64,000 nucleotides of DNA from the human T2T-CHM13v2.0 reference genome, Homo sapiens. The DNA is taken from assembly GCF_009914755.1 (NCBI RefSeq), contig NC_060926.1; one strand, given 5' to 3'. Within the stretch, counting starts at the first letter, position 1; every line of letters starts with the position of its first letter. Below the pieces are notes generated by a model, which was not told the DNA's origin, searched no databases, and saw nothing but the letters and a program-made list of their open reading frames with translations. Of this stretch, positions 15,982 through 30,200 are shown piece by piece. Position numbers and translations under genes: made by a program.

Positions 15982-17804
15982 CATTCTGCATAGGATATCT
16001 AACACTGTAGTTCCCACCTAAATGTTAAAATCAAATAAAATGGCCATTTCTGATGGTGGAAGAAGGAACTCATGGTTGAGTCATAAGCTACCTGTTTTGC
16101 TTAAAGAGCCATCAGCGTTATGTCAAATGTGAAGGTAGAAATGTCTCTGCACCATGGCTTTCTAGGGCTTGCATTTGATGATCTGTCCTTCTGAGGTGTT
16201 GTCTGTATGGATTTATTTCCTAATTTTTATTTTTGTAAATGATGATGCCTCATCCATTCATAGTCCATTCTCTATTGTGTATGGACTGTATGCAATGTAG
16301 GCGAGTTGTAAATCTTGGGTTGTAAAACTAAGCACATGTCAAACTTGTGTATTAATTGAAGTAAGCTAATTGGTATAATAACCAATCCTCAAAGCTCAGT
16401 GGCTTATCATAATGCACGTTTATTTGTTGCTCACATTACAGTTCAGTGTGGATAGGTGGGGAACCTATTTCCTGCAATTACCCAGGAACCTATGTCTCTT
16501 TATTCTAGTGGGTCTGCCATGCTATAGGGGTCTCACCCTACTGGATCATTTCTACTCCACTGTATGGGAGTGTTCTCTGGAAGAAAAGAAAAAGTTTTGT
16601 TAAGCATTTAGCCATTACATATGTGTCTTGAATTTAGTTTCTAATCTGGTGGACAAATGAGCTATATTTCTTTTGATGAGAATTTTATTGTTAGGGTTAT
16701 GCCAAAGACTGTATCATTCATTTGCCTCTCTTATTTAGAACCCTTTGCATGGATTCCTGGAAGAACTGTTTTTCTCTTAGAAATATAACTAAATTTGTGG
16801 GAATGTGTCTGATATCTAAAGCTTGATGAGGATTCTGAATAATCTGTATTTTAGATAAGGCCAGTTGAAACTATTCTTAACTACTCTATATGGTTAACTG
16901 TTTTTTCAGAGACATGTTTCATCAAAGCACTAAAATTATGCAGACAGAGCTGGAAATGTTCTCTGAAGAGCATCCTATCATCTTCCTTATAATTTTGGTT
17001 TTTATTTAACACTTAGCCCCCAAAGTGGGGCCATGGCAATATCTTTGAGTTATAACTCACATCAGGCCTTCGAGGAGTTTGTGATGCTATTTTGTTGCTG
17101 GCATACAAAATCAGTGAGGTTAACTGTACTTCTATAGGTCACTCAGTGAGTCAACGACTGAGCTATGATTAACGTTGACAGCTGGTGAGCTGCTAGGCTG
17201 TTGCTAACTGAGCAACATTGACATTCATTTTGATTTGACTTTGCATTTCATTTTCAACTATCTATTCATTTTAAGGCCTCTTTAAAAACTTTTTAGGGAT
17301 GTTGTAGACGGAGGAAACTTTCTATAAATGCTTTGGGGAGAGTCCTTTAGCTTCCCTCTCCCCATTCCCCATCCTTCAGCTTAATAGTTAAATTATGTTT
17401 ATGCTAGGAAAGCATCTTCTAGGTAGTTTTAGAAATAGATGATTTAAATAGAAGTTAGGCGATTCCAATTTTGCTTTATTTGTTTTGTAATTTGTGATTT
17501 CAACAAAGAATTTCTGTAAACTAATTGTACAATAGTGAGTACCAACTAGAAAAATCATATTTATATTTGATGAAATAATTCACAGAGAAATGATGAGTAT
17601 GCATTATAAATTTGGCCAAAATGTATTTTTGAACATAGGTTAAAGTGTAGCTGAAGGCCATCTAGATTATAAAGCTTGGAACCGGCTGGTTGGCTCAGTT
17701 GGGCATCATTTTATTCACCTGAGAGGGATGGGGAAAGAGTGAGCCCTCTTTAACTTCTGGATCTACTTCCAGATGCTTTAGGGAGTTTATTAAGAAAAAG
17801 TGCT

Positions 17805-18266
<462 letters not shown>

Positions 18267-20454
18267 CTATACATATAGGCAAAGATGACCTAGCAGAGCT
18301 GAGGACATGAGATTTGGAGTCAAACCTGGGATCAAATTTTGATTCTTCGAATTACTTGCTCAAGGGATAACTAAAGATTTCCTCACTGGTCAAAAGATTC
18401 CTCCTTTCTATGGAAAGTGTGAGTGACACCTAAGGAGCTAATGTTAGGGGTGTGAGCTGGCAGCTTCTAGGCAACTAATGGTTCTATTTCTTCTTCCTTC
18501 TCTATCTACCCCAACCTCAGACTTACTCTCCAGGTTCTCTGACTTTCAGTGAGCCATCAGAGTTGAAAAGCAAGCATATATTCTGTTTTAAAAATATTTG
18601 AAAACCTATCTCCCAAATCTCAGCTCATATAGTCAATTACGTTGTTAACTTATTTGAAGTACATATATTCAGACAGAGCCAAGGGGTTTTCCTCAATTTT
18701 TAGCTATAAAAAGTTTGATAATTTAAGTGTTTGGATATTTTCTAATTGCTATTAAAAGAACTTCTGTGTGATTTCTCAAAGGAATCACAGTCACTTAAAA
18801 TCTGGACAGTACCTTCAAGGGGAACTAGACCTTCATTCTCAGCTACCCCAGAAGGATGGGCTCCTTTTTTTTTCTTTTGTGTGGACCCCAGTGGAGATGA
18901 CAGTGTAACCATTGGCAACTCTATCTACAGAGTGATCATGAATCCCTCACCGAATATGTTTACACTGAGAAATGTTGCTTACTCTCATGTAAGTGCAGGA
19001 AAAAAAATGTCAGTTTTTAGAATCACAAAGTGATTCAGGAAGTGAATAAAGGCCTTTAAAACATCTTAAGATTCACTGTGAGGAGATGCTTGTTGGATTT
19101 TCCTTTTAGGAATATATAAATATGGTTAGTCTTTTTTAGTGACAAAAAGCAGGAAGCAGTTTCCCTTAAATCTTACGATTCCATCGATCGACTCATATAT
19201 TATGGGAGAGAGTGACGGTTGCAGTCTGAGGTGATTTGCATGAGACCCTACTTTATACTCCAATTATTACTGTACATGATTACAGGACAACCTGGTTGTT
19301 AATTGCCTGTGGTCTTTAAATATGCACTTCTTTCAGAAATAGACACTAATTATTAGATCTTGTTTTTGGTCTCACCCGAAGTTGTAAATGTCTAGGATTT
19401 TTTTTTTTTTAATTTGCAAGTCTAATGATATACAGACATAGTAAAACTGATCTCATTCTGAATCCTGTTCAGGGTGAACGTTCTCTGGGATGTAAACTAT
19501 CAAAGATTGTGAACTTGGCTTTCAGTTCTTTGTAGGTGTTCATGTGAGTCTCTTGACAAAACCTGTATGTTTGCTATCAGAATGCTGAAGGAATTTTATC
19601 TTTCTAAAATATAGATGAAAATTGGTAAACAAGTTGAAAAAAATCTACTTCTCCCATAATTAAATATAATAGAAATAACATCAAAGTATTATTACATATT
19701 AGATATTCTCCCAATTCCACCAAGATAAAAATTTTGTGTTTGGGAGCTGTGGTTGGAATTATGCTAGGAAAAAGGCAGTTTGTTTTGTGTGTTGGGCTCT
19801 CCTCTTTTCTGGCTTCAATGGCTGAATTAGGGAATTGATCCTGAATTTGATAGAGCTGCAGTTGTTCCTGTCTTTAAGCCAAGGTTGGTGAACTCATGTG
19901 TCTACAGGGGATAGAGTGATGAGGTACAAGTGTGAAGCCAGTGAGCAGGAATCCTGGACTAACAAGAGTGCACAAGCCTTGCCTAAGGATGGCAGCTGCT
20001 ACTCAGTTTTAGCAGATTTATCTCAGATAGAAATTCTGATTTAGATGTGAAATATAGCAATTTAAAAATATTGGATGTATGATTTGGTTTTTAAGAAAGT
20101 AGTGTGCTAAGCAGAGAAAACATTCTAGTGCGACTTCTAGTTTTAACACATGCTCTTCCCACTTCCTTTCCTGGTTTTTGTCACCCAGCTAATGCCTATT
20201 ACTTTTTCTCTACTTGATTTAGCTGCATGTTCCAAGAAGCCTTCTTGGGTCTGTATAAGAGGTGCCTCCTGTGGCTCTTGTAGCCTCTTTTCTATGCCTA
20301 TATCCACTTTTAAACAATGTTATAATTGCTTCTTTATCTTTTTGTTTTGTTCCCTGGGCTATAGAATCCTTGAAGGCCTCCACAAAATACTGATTGGATG
20401 AATAAGTTTGATGAATAAATGATGGTGGGCCCAGGGTTTCCTCAGGACATAGAG

Positions 20455-20732
20455 TTTTTTCCTTCCTTCTTCCTTCCTTCCTTCCTTCCTTCCTTCCTCC
20501 CTCCCTTCCTCCCTCCCTCCCTCGCTCCCTTCCCTCCCTCCCTTCCCTCCTCTCCCCTCCGCTCCCCTTCCTTCCTCCCCTCCCCTTCCCTCTTTCCTGT
20601 TTCCTCCCCTCCCCTCCCTTCCTCTTCCCTCCCTTCCTTCCTTCCTTCCCCTCCCCTCCCCTCCTTCCTTCACTACCCTCCTTCCTTCTCTCCCCTCCCC
20701 TCCTTTCTTCCCTCCCACTACCCCCTCTCCCT
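20455..20732 (+). repeat. Polypyrimidine (CCTT/CCCT)n low-complexity tract
   Basis: About 280 bp almost purely C/T. Confidence 0.97.
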
Positions 20733-21399
20733 GACGCAGGGTTTCGGTCTCCCAGTTAATATAGGGCCTATGGCCATTCCAAGGCTTCTCCTAGAACCTC
20801 CAGATCAATCCTTCAATAAAATCTGTATCCCAAATTCCTGTGTAATCAAACTGCCTTAGAAAGGAGGGTGAACAAAGGGAGGGCAGGTCTAGGAAGATTT
20901 GGAACCCAAAGCCCTCTTGTCTTAAAGTGTGTTGTTACCTGTTTTATTCTTGCTGCTTTTCTCCTTTTTATTTCCCCTCAATCAACATATTCTAGGAAAG
21001 GTAGAGTGCAGATGTGTTTTTGTGACTCAAAACCATATGAAGCCAAAATGAGTCTTTTTCCTGTCATAATTATAAGTAGGGCCTTAGGCTGTGTTTACTG
21101 CCTCTAAAATAAACGTGGTACTTAGCTTCTCAGTTGCAACACTTCCCAGCTTTTATGGAAAAAAAAAAAAAACAAAAATAAAATGTTATTTTAAAAAGTA
21201 GTGTCAGAAAGTAAATAAATTACCCTTAATAGTGCTGTATGTTTTAAAAAAATATTTTGGAGGGACTGTTCAGTAAAACCTTCAAAACAAAACTATACCA
21301 AACAAACTACTTTCTAGATTTGGCAGCTGGTCATATCTCACTCTATTATAACTAGTCAGTCTACTTTTTAAATTTTTTTCTCAAATTATGTGTGGTGTC

Positions 21400-21640
21400 A
21401 GAGTGGTATAGTAGTGTAACACCTAGTCTCTGTTGCCAGGCTAAGTTCAGTTTTCAGCTCTACCATGAACCCGCTGTGTACTTAGGGACCAATTGCTTAA
21501 CTTCTGTATGTCTCAGATAGTTCTGTAAAATGAAGATCTTAGTAGTACCTAACTCATAAAGTTATTGTGAGGATTAAATGAGTAGAAAAAAAGCAAAACC
21601 CTTAAAATAATGTCTGGCACATAAATGCTCTTTACATAAT
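21400..21640 (+). mobile_element. MIR
   Basis: CTGTAAAATGAAGAT...GTACCTAACTCATAAAGTTATTGTGAGGATTAAATGAG core. Confidence 0.8.
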
Positions 21641-22013
21641 TCACTTATTTTTTGTTAAGTCAAGTGTATTGAGGTATAATTTGTAGTATAAAGTGCAGTA
21701 AAATTTACCCTTTATAATTTACAATTCTGTGAGTTTTGATAAGTTTATAAAATTTACCCTTTATAATTTACAATTCTATGAGTTTTGATACAGTTATGTA
21801 ATGAGCACTGTGATCAAGCTGTAGAACATTCCTATCAGCCTCACCATTCTTTCATGCCCTTTGTAGTCAGTCCTTGTACCCCCATTCCCAGACCCTGGCA
21901 ACCACTGATCTGTTTTCAGATTCTGTGCTTTGCTTGTACAGAACATGATATAAACAGAAGCACTGGAATCATGTAGTATGTAGACTTCTGAATCTGGCTT
22001 CTTTTGCTTAGTA

Positions 22014-22224
22014 CAGGGATTAGTAGACTTTTCTGTAAAGAGGCAGAGAGTAAATGTTTAAGGCTTGCAGTCCATATAGTCTCTGATGCAACTATTCAGC
22101 TCTGCTATTATAGTCATGGACAACACATAAATGATTGGATGTGGCTATCTTCCAGTGAAACTTTGTTTACAACAACAGGGAGCAGCCAGATTTGGGCTGA
22201 AGACCATAATTTGCTGACCCCTGA
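22014..22224. mobile_element. MER58A-like hAT DNA transposon
   Basis: CAGGG...ACTTTTCTGTAAAG start and ...TGCTGACCCCTG end (terminal inverted repeats), about 210 bp. Confidence 0.8.
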
Positions 22225-22511
22225 TTTAGCATATTGCATTTGAAGTTCATTCGTGTTGCTGTGTGTAGCAGTAGCTTGTTCTCTTTTATTTCCGTTTATT
22301 ATTCCATTGCTTACACAGTTTGTTTAGTCATTCACCAGGTAAAGGATGTTTTAGTTTTTTTTTCCAGTTGAGGACGATTATGAATAAAGCCATTGTAAAT
22401 TTTTGCCTACAGGCTTCTGTATGAACACAGATTTTCATTTCTTTTGGGTAACTATCCAGGAGAGGGATTGCTTGGTTGTGTAGTGTGTGTTTACCTTTAT
22501 AAGACACTCCT

Positions 22512-22802
<291 letters not shown>

Positions 22803-22917
22803 AGACACTCCCAAACTGTTTTCCAAAATAGCTGTATAATTTTGCATTTCTATAAGCAGTGTAAGAGAGTTTCAATTGTGTTGCATCCTCACCAGCACTT
22901 GGTATTCCCTCCCTACC

Positions 22918-23214
<297 letters not shown>

Positions 23215-23279
23215 TTTTTTTTTTTTTTTCTTTTTTTTAAATTTTAACCATTGTAAAAGACCATGAAGATTCTTGGAAA

Positions 23280-24130
23280 CCTGAATAAAGCTATATTCAG
23301 TTGGAAGCTCTTGAAGGGTTTTATACATGGAAATGACATTATTTGGGTTTTTAAATGATCACTCCGGTTGTAATATAGAAAATGATATGGAAGGAGGCTG
23401 GGTAAATGTGTGAAGGCCTTTGGGAGAATATCATGTTAGTATAGGGGAGAGGGAAGATACCTTGATTTGAGAGGTAGCAGTGGAGATGAAGTGACTAGAT
23501 ATGGAAATGTTTTAGAAGATGGAACTGATAAACTCAGTGATTGAGCAGATATAGGACTTAAGAGACGGGGAGCTCTCAAGGTTGTTTCCACATTTCTGGC
23601 ACCAGCAACTACATTTATAATGACACCCTTACTGAGATGAGGAACATTGACAGAGAAAAAGGTTTGAGAAGATAAAGTAATTGGGTCAATTTTGAGATAT
23701 ATGTAAGACATCCAAATGGAGGTCTCAAGTAGGCAGTGTGAGATCTGGGTTCCTGAATGGTGGAACAAAATTAGAAATTATTGTGGTATAAAGGATATTT
23801 GATGATATGGGGTACATAAGATTTTCTCTCTCTCTCTTACTGTCTGTTGAGTTTAGTGATTTGAGGAGAGTGAATTGGATAGACCTAAGAGGAAATTTGG
23901 TGTTTAATTTTGGGCAGTAGAGTGACTCACAAAGGAAGCTAAGAGAGAGTGGTTCAAAGAGGCTGGAGAGAGAGAGAGTTGTCCCCCAGATGCCCAGGTG
24001 AGTGAACAATCATTTGTGCATTTATTGGATTTGGTGGCATAGTTGGCATTTAGTCAGTTTTGTGGTTGTTGGTAGTGGTTGGATGTATGTGAAAATTCAA
24101 ATTAGGGTGAGTGTGAGGAGTAAGGAGTGA
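23280..24130 (-). mobile_element. L2 fragment
   Basis: Purine-rich degenerate L2 motifs (AGACATCCAAATGGAGGTCTCAAGTAGGCAG, GGTAGCAGTGGAGATG). Confidence 0.7.
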
Positions 24131-24692
24131 GGCAGTAGAAAAAAAACAAGATTTACAGGTCTATCGGGAATTTTTAGGATAGTTGTTAGAGATATATGTA
24201 AGAGGTGTTTATTATTGTTGAGACTGAGATAGGTTAGAGCTTGGTGATGAGAAGGACAAGGGAGGGAGTGAATATAGGAGAAACTGTTGTTAATGGAATG
24301 AGATCCTCACACACTAGTGATGCCTTTCAGATCCAGCAAACTTGATGAAGGGAAAACTCAGTCAAGATTAATGTTCACAGTTAGAGTAGAATAGAGGACT
24401 TTTAGTATTACCAAGTTCTAATGAACTATATCATAATATGGTCTTTAAACTTATTTCTCAAGTATTTCTCGAAAACTTACCAAGCAGAAAATGTCAGCAA
24501 TCTTTCTGATGTGTGAAAATGCTCTGGCGGTTTAGTCACTTGTCAGTCTCATGTCCAAGTCCTACCCATCTGTCCTGGCGCAATTGAAACCCTCAAATGA
24601 AAGACTCTCCCTCCCTCATCTGAATGGCCATAGCCTGGTGTTTTTTTCCCTCTAGGGTGGCATTTATTCTTTCTATGTACTTGTTATATATA

Positions 24693-24697
<5 letters not shown>

Positions 24698-24733
<36 letters not shown>
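24698..24733. repeat. (TG)n microsatellite
   Basis: About 18 TG units flanked by TA runs. Confidence 0.97.
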
Positions 24734-24738
<5 letters not shown>

Positions 24739-25838
24739 ATTTTTTTCCTCATTAGATGGAAGGCAAAGACCATAATTGAAATATGTTAATGTTCTCTGTA
24801 GTACCTACTGGTTACATTTATTTAGTTAACAAACTAAATGTATATAAAGGTAAAAAATAGGGACATGGTTATTAGCAGATAATTAAAAGAAGCTATATGA
24901 AAAATAAGATTTTTGTGGTTTGGTGTCAGAATTTGTAGCCTGATAATAAGTTTTTGTTTTTATGAAATTTAGTAAAACATGTTTTGAAAGTTCCTAATCA
25001 TATGTGACTAAAAGATCAAATTATTTAACAGAGTGATAACAGCAACAACTCTGGTGGTTACTTTGTCATTTACCAGTGACTTTCAGATTATTATTCCATT
25101 CAGACTGAGGATAATCCAAAGATACAAGGAGAAATCACAGGGATTTTTGTCACCATTTTACAAGTGAAGAAACCAGAGATAATGAGTCAACAGTTACATT
25201 GCTGGTAACCAGGTGCTAAATCCCAGGCTGGGATCTTCTGATCCTAATGTGGGTTTCTTTCAGTTTACCCAATGGCTTCTAGATTTACTTTCATAGAAAT
25301 CCAATTGGCCTGATAATAATTAAATGCAACTGCAGGGGGTAAGTGGGTTTCCTTTATTTGAATGAATTTAAAAAATCACTTATTTTGGGTGATTAGGATA
25401 ATCTCTTGGTAACGCCTGAGATTACCTCCTCTTGCACATGCTTTGGCCTGTTGGCCTAGAGCTTCAAATGGGGCTCCTGCAGCAGAATGGGAAAAACACC
25501 ACCATCATGGATTGCAATGATGCTGTGATTTGAAGAAAAGAAAATGGAAGTCACATATCTGTGGAATACTAATAGAGCAATGCTGGCCAGTACAGTTTGC
25601 TATAGTGAACAAACCTAGTATTAGCATTTTGGAAAAAAACCAAACACCATTTTCCTGGGTTTCTGACTCTGCCTTCTGGCAACTACTTATTTTTAAAGTC
25701 CAGGATCATTTTTTATTTAGGATGAAAAGCTACATTCTTTAAGAAACTAGAAATATGGAAGGTCATTATTTTTTAGGAGGACTATGTCAGGGCCTTTAAT
25801 TATATTATTGTTGAAGTTTCATAAAAACTGTAATAATG

Positions 25839-26132
25839 GGCTGGGTGCAGTGGCTCATGCCTGTAATCTCAGCAGTTTGGAAGGCCGAGGCAGATGGATT
25901 GCTTGATTGATTCTAGGAGTTCGAGACCACGCTGGGCAACATGGTGAAACCCCATCTCTTCAAAAAATACGAAAATCAGCCAGGCTTGGTGGCGCACACC
26001 TGTAGTCCCAGCTACTCTGTAGGCTGAGGTGGCAGATTCACCTGAACGTGGGGAGGATGAGGTTGCAGTAAGCTGTGATAGTGCCACCGCACCCCAGGCT
26101 GGGCAACAGAATGAAGCCCCATATCAAAAAAA
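25839..26132 (+). mobile_element. Alu (J/S)
   Basis: Dimer; AAACTGTAAT repeated on both flanks. Confidence 0.92.
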
Positions 26133-26819
26133 TCCAACAAACTGTAATGGTATATTTATATTACTTTCAATGTATAGAATCTATGGTTTTATATTAAAAT
26201 ATTTAGTATGGAAGTCTTTGACTAAATTTTTCTGAAAAATATAATTCTCATTAAACATAGCTCATTATTTAGTACCTTCTGTTAAATAAATTCTTTTTAA
26301 TTGTACTGACTTTAACTTATGTACCCCCAAACTCTAGAATATAGTTTTGTCAGGAGAACTGAGGAATGAAGAATGTATACTTCTGAGAAAGTGTGGAAAG
26401 ACATGAAGTCCTTTTTCCTCCTCCTTCACCACTTTAATATGTCATCTGAATGAATTGCTAGTACTGGGTAAAAAAATCTCCTTATGTTCCCTTATAAATT
26501 GCCTTAGATAAGGTATTTGGGAATTGCTATACAGTGTTGTGAATAATTGAACTTGGCTGTATATGAAGCAGTTGAGACATTGAATCTGAAACCAGGTGTC
26601 CTATGGCTAAATAGTTGTGATTCATGAAAAGAAATACACCGAGAAATGTAAGGATTGTTTTCCCCCAAGGCAGTTGGTCCTATAACTCTATGTGGACTGT
26701 GGACTCTCTTTAGCTCTTATATTCCTTATTTCTATTAGAAATTTCCTTTTAGTATATTGTAAAATTTGTTAAATTGACATTCCAAATGGACAACTGAAAG
26801 TGATCTGCTTTTACATCAG

Positions 26820-26991
26820 ATGAACCTGGCCTATGTTAAAGCAGCAGACTGCATTTCAGAACCAGTTAACAGGGAGCCTCCTTCCAGAGAAGCTCAGCTA
26901 CTGACTTTGCAAAACACATCTGAATTTGATATCCTTGTTATTGGAGGAGGAGCAACAGGAAGTGGCTGTGCGCTAGATGCTGTCACCAGAG
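26820..26991 (+). CDS. GPD2: GPD2 exon 3 (172 nt), MNLAYV...FDILVIGGGATGSGCALDAVTR-G
   Basis: CAG acceptor ends 26819, donor GAG|GTAAGT at 26991/26992. Encodes the Rossmann FAD-binding motif VIGGGATG and is in frame with exon 2. Confidence 0.97.
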
Positions 26992-27000
26992 GTAAGTCTT

Positions 27001-27233
27001 TTTTTTTTTTATTTTAATTTTAAGTTCTGGGGTACATGTGCAGGATGTGCAGGTTTGTTACATAGGTAAGTGTGTGCCATGGTGGTTTGCTGCACCTATC
27101 AACCCATCACCTAGGTACAAGCTCAGCATGCATTAGCTATTTATCCTGATGCTCTCCCTCCCCCTGCCCCACCCCAAAGGCCCCAGTGTGTGTTGTTCCC
27201 CTCCATGTGTCCATGTGTTCCCATTGTTCAGCT
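27001..27233 (-). mobile_element. Short 5'-truncated L1PA (about PA8-PA10-like) 3' end inserted at the exon-3 donor
   Basis: Poly-T then TTTTAAGTTCTGGGGTACATGTGCAGGATGTGCAGGTTTGTTACATAGG...CATTGTTCAGCTC. Perfect 14-bp TSD CAGAGGTAAGTCTT at 26987-27000 and 27234-27247. Confidence 0.93.
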
Positions 27234-30200
27234 CAGAGGTAAGTCTTGATGTGGATAACACTTCATCCTTTCTCCCAGTAAATACACAATATGCAGTCTA
27301 TAGTAGTGAGGACACATTTCTCTCTTGTTTCCAGATTTTCCATCCTTAATGAAGCACCTTCACAGTTTTTGAAATATAGGCACTGCACAACTTTAAAATG
27401 AAATATAACTCATTTCACTTCAATGAATTTGTTTAAAAAGAAAACTTTATATTTTATGAGTTTATATTTTATGAGTTTATTAATTTGTTCTGGTTTTTTT
27501 TAAAGCACATATTTATATTTATATAAAATAAAAACATTTTTATATCACTTGAAATCACATATCAGTCAATGGTAGAAAAATTTATTAAGCTGAAGTAATT
27601 TATTAAAATAATTATCTTTGTTCATGTATCTCTTAAAATCATCTCTTCCAGTGAAATATGGACTGCAGTTTGCGAAACTTTAGTTCATGCGAATAAATAA
27701 TGGAAAATATCACTAATCTATAGTTCTGTCTCAGTCATTCTGTCTATTAGTGGAAAGGCATGATGAAAATGGAAACGAGACATGTAATGAAAGAAATTTT
27801 AGTATAGAACACCAATGCTCTTGGATATGTTGTGTTTAATAAAATACTATGTTTGTTTTGGCTGTGGGTATTAGCGTGGAATTTGGAGTCAGGGAAATCT
27901 GGGTACTTATCCTGGCTTAACTTCTTTAACAGATGTGTATGTGTTGGGGGACGGGGGGCAAAGCACTTAATTTGTCTAAGGTTCCTTGTCTTTCAAATGA
28001 GGAAAAAATACCTTCTCTGAATGATTGTTGTGAGAGTTACATGTTAATCATGAAGAGACTTAGAACGGTGCTTGTCACACAAAGTAGCAGCTCAGTAAAT
28101 TATAGATAGTATTATAGCTACTATTACTAACATGAATGTAAAAGACTTTCAGAACCAATTGTCTTGGAGAAGGACTCCACTGTGGTATCCTCAGATGTCT
28201 CGAATTGGGTAGGATACTGCTGCAAGGAATTTTGACTGTGGAATATTTTGGTTGCTATATAAAGTTCAATATTTATTATATTTTAACACTGAATGGGAAT
28301 GATTTATTAGATGGAATAATTCTTCTCAGATCAATTAAATTACTACTGCAGCCACTCTTGATTTAGTTACTTTATGTACCTGGCAGAATCTACTCTTATG
28401 GAAATGAAATGAATTTAATGAGGTCTACACACACACACACAAAAGTACCCTAGATGACTGATTTCACAGGATCCACACTCAGGTTTTGGTCCATGCAGAC
28501 CTCACAGCCTAAGTTGTTTTTGTCAATGCTAAATAATGGCAAGTTCAAAATACAGGCACAGGAAGTCTACTCTGTTACAAAGTTGACCCCAATTTTCATA
28601 AAATTTTCTGTCTCCAACCATGAAATATAATTTGAGCCAGATTAACCTTGATACACTAAGGCCTAAAGGAAGAACAGTTTGAGAATAGTTTTTGAGAATA
28701 GATAATTTGAATTCAGCTTTTTTCCCCTTGAAGGCCTGGGAAAGAAGGTGGAAAGAGGGGACACATTCCCAACATAATGGGAGGTCTTGTTTGGAACTAC
28801 CCCTCCAAGAAATTAGAATTTACTAGGTGATAATTTTGTATATCAAAGAGGATCATTTCCCCAGTAGGATTCAGGAAAGTGTATTTCTTGGTATCTGCAG
28901 GCATTTTCATGCTATGCACTAAAATATGTAGCCATTCTTTTTATTTTAGTTTTACAAATATATGCTGAGTGCCTGCTGTCTGCATGGCGATATGCAAGGT
29001 GCTACAATGAGCATACAAAGATGATAGAGTTGGTACCGTTAGTGTGCCCACAGTTCTATAGTGCTTGTTTGCACAGACCACATTACATGATAGAGAATAT
29101 GTGAGCCTTTTAAAAGGCTCAGGGCCATTACGGACACTGAAACATGAGGGTAGTCATATCTACATAGAATGGTCAGGAGTGGGAAACTTTACTTATGCTG
29201 TTTGGCATAGGTAACATTTTAATAGGCAAACATTGCTTGCTCAAAGTGTTCCAGTCTGAGAAAATGTGCAGGAGGAACAGCGTGGAATCAGTGTATGTGG
29301 GAGACAGCATGTGTTGTAATTTGGAGCATTGAGGCTATATATGAGAGAACACATGAGAGAAGAGTGGAAAGGCAGGGCTGGGTCTGGTATGCTAGGGGAA
29401 AGCCTTTGGGCTTTATTGAATAGATCACTTGGAGATACTGCCTTAGGTTTGGTGATGGGGAATGGATACACGATACTGAAGGAACAGTCATAAGCATAGG
29501 CTTTCAAGAGATGTGGAGAAAAAGAAAATAGAAAGGAGGTAACTTGATGGTGTGGTAGGATATAAAGAAGGGAGACAGTATGTTTCACGGATTTTTTTCC
29601 TTTTTTCTTTTTATAAAGATAAGAGTAATCTGAATATTTCTGTAGACTCAGGGGAGAAAAGTCAGTGCTAGGGGAGAAGAACCTTAATATGCAAGTATTA
29701 GGTTGTCATTACTTTTAAATGTCATGTACCAACCTAATAGTAGAAGGCAAACATAAGGAACAAGGTCTTGTGAAAATACAAGGAAAGAGATATCAGAGAT
29801 GTATCTTGGTTTTAGCAGGAAGGTAAGAGACTTGTTTCTCAGGGATAGAAACAAAGGGTAAATTCTAAGACATAAAGAGTTTGTGTGAGTATGAAGAGCT
29901 ACTCTTAAACAAATACGAGGTGAGATGTTCTACTTATGGGTGGGAGTAAGGGATGTCATTGCAGAGAATGTGACAGGAAAATAGGGGTTTCTTTGCTGTT
30001 AGAAAATTTTAATTTATTATCCACATGAGACATTTATGTGTGTATATATGTGTGTGTTTGTGTGTCCAGTATTACTGAGAGTAGAGGTACAGAAAATAGA
30101 AAGTCACATAGAATCTGGAGTTGAGAACTGAGTGGATATCAATGATGAAAAGAAAAAATGAGACAAGATTCTATGAAAACAGAGGAAATTGTTGAAATGT

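Noticed and set aside
17684-17703. GGCTGGTTGGCTCAGTTGG resembling a tRNA 5' end/A-box
   Set aside because: No B-box, anticodon arm or acceptor stem follows; at most a SINE relic.
20359-20859. 119-aa and 146-aa ORFs on opposite strands
   Set aside because: Low-complexity translations of the CT-rich tract.
21699-21790. 49-bp two-copy tandem repeat (similar pairs at 8344-8388, 27446-27480, 34860-34891, 46231-46290, 54263-54304)
   Set aside because: Ordinary slippage duplications; not a CRISPR-like array (no spacers, eukaryotic context).
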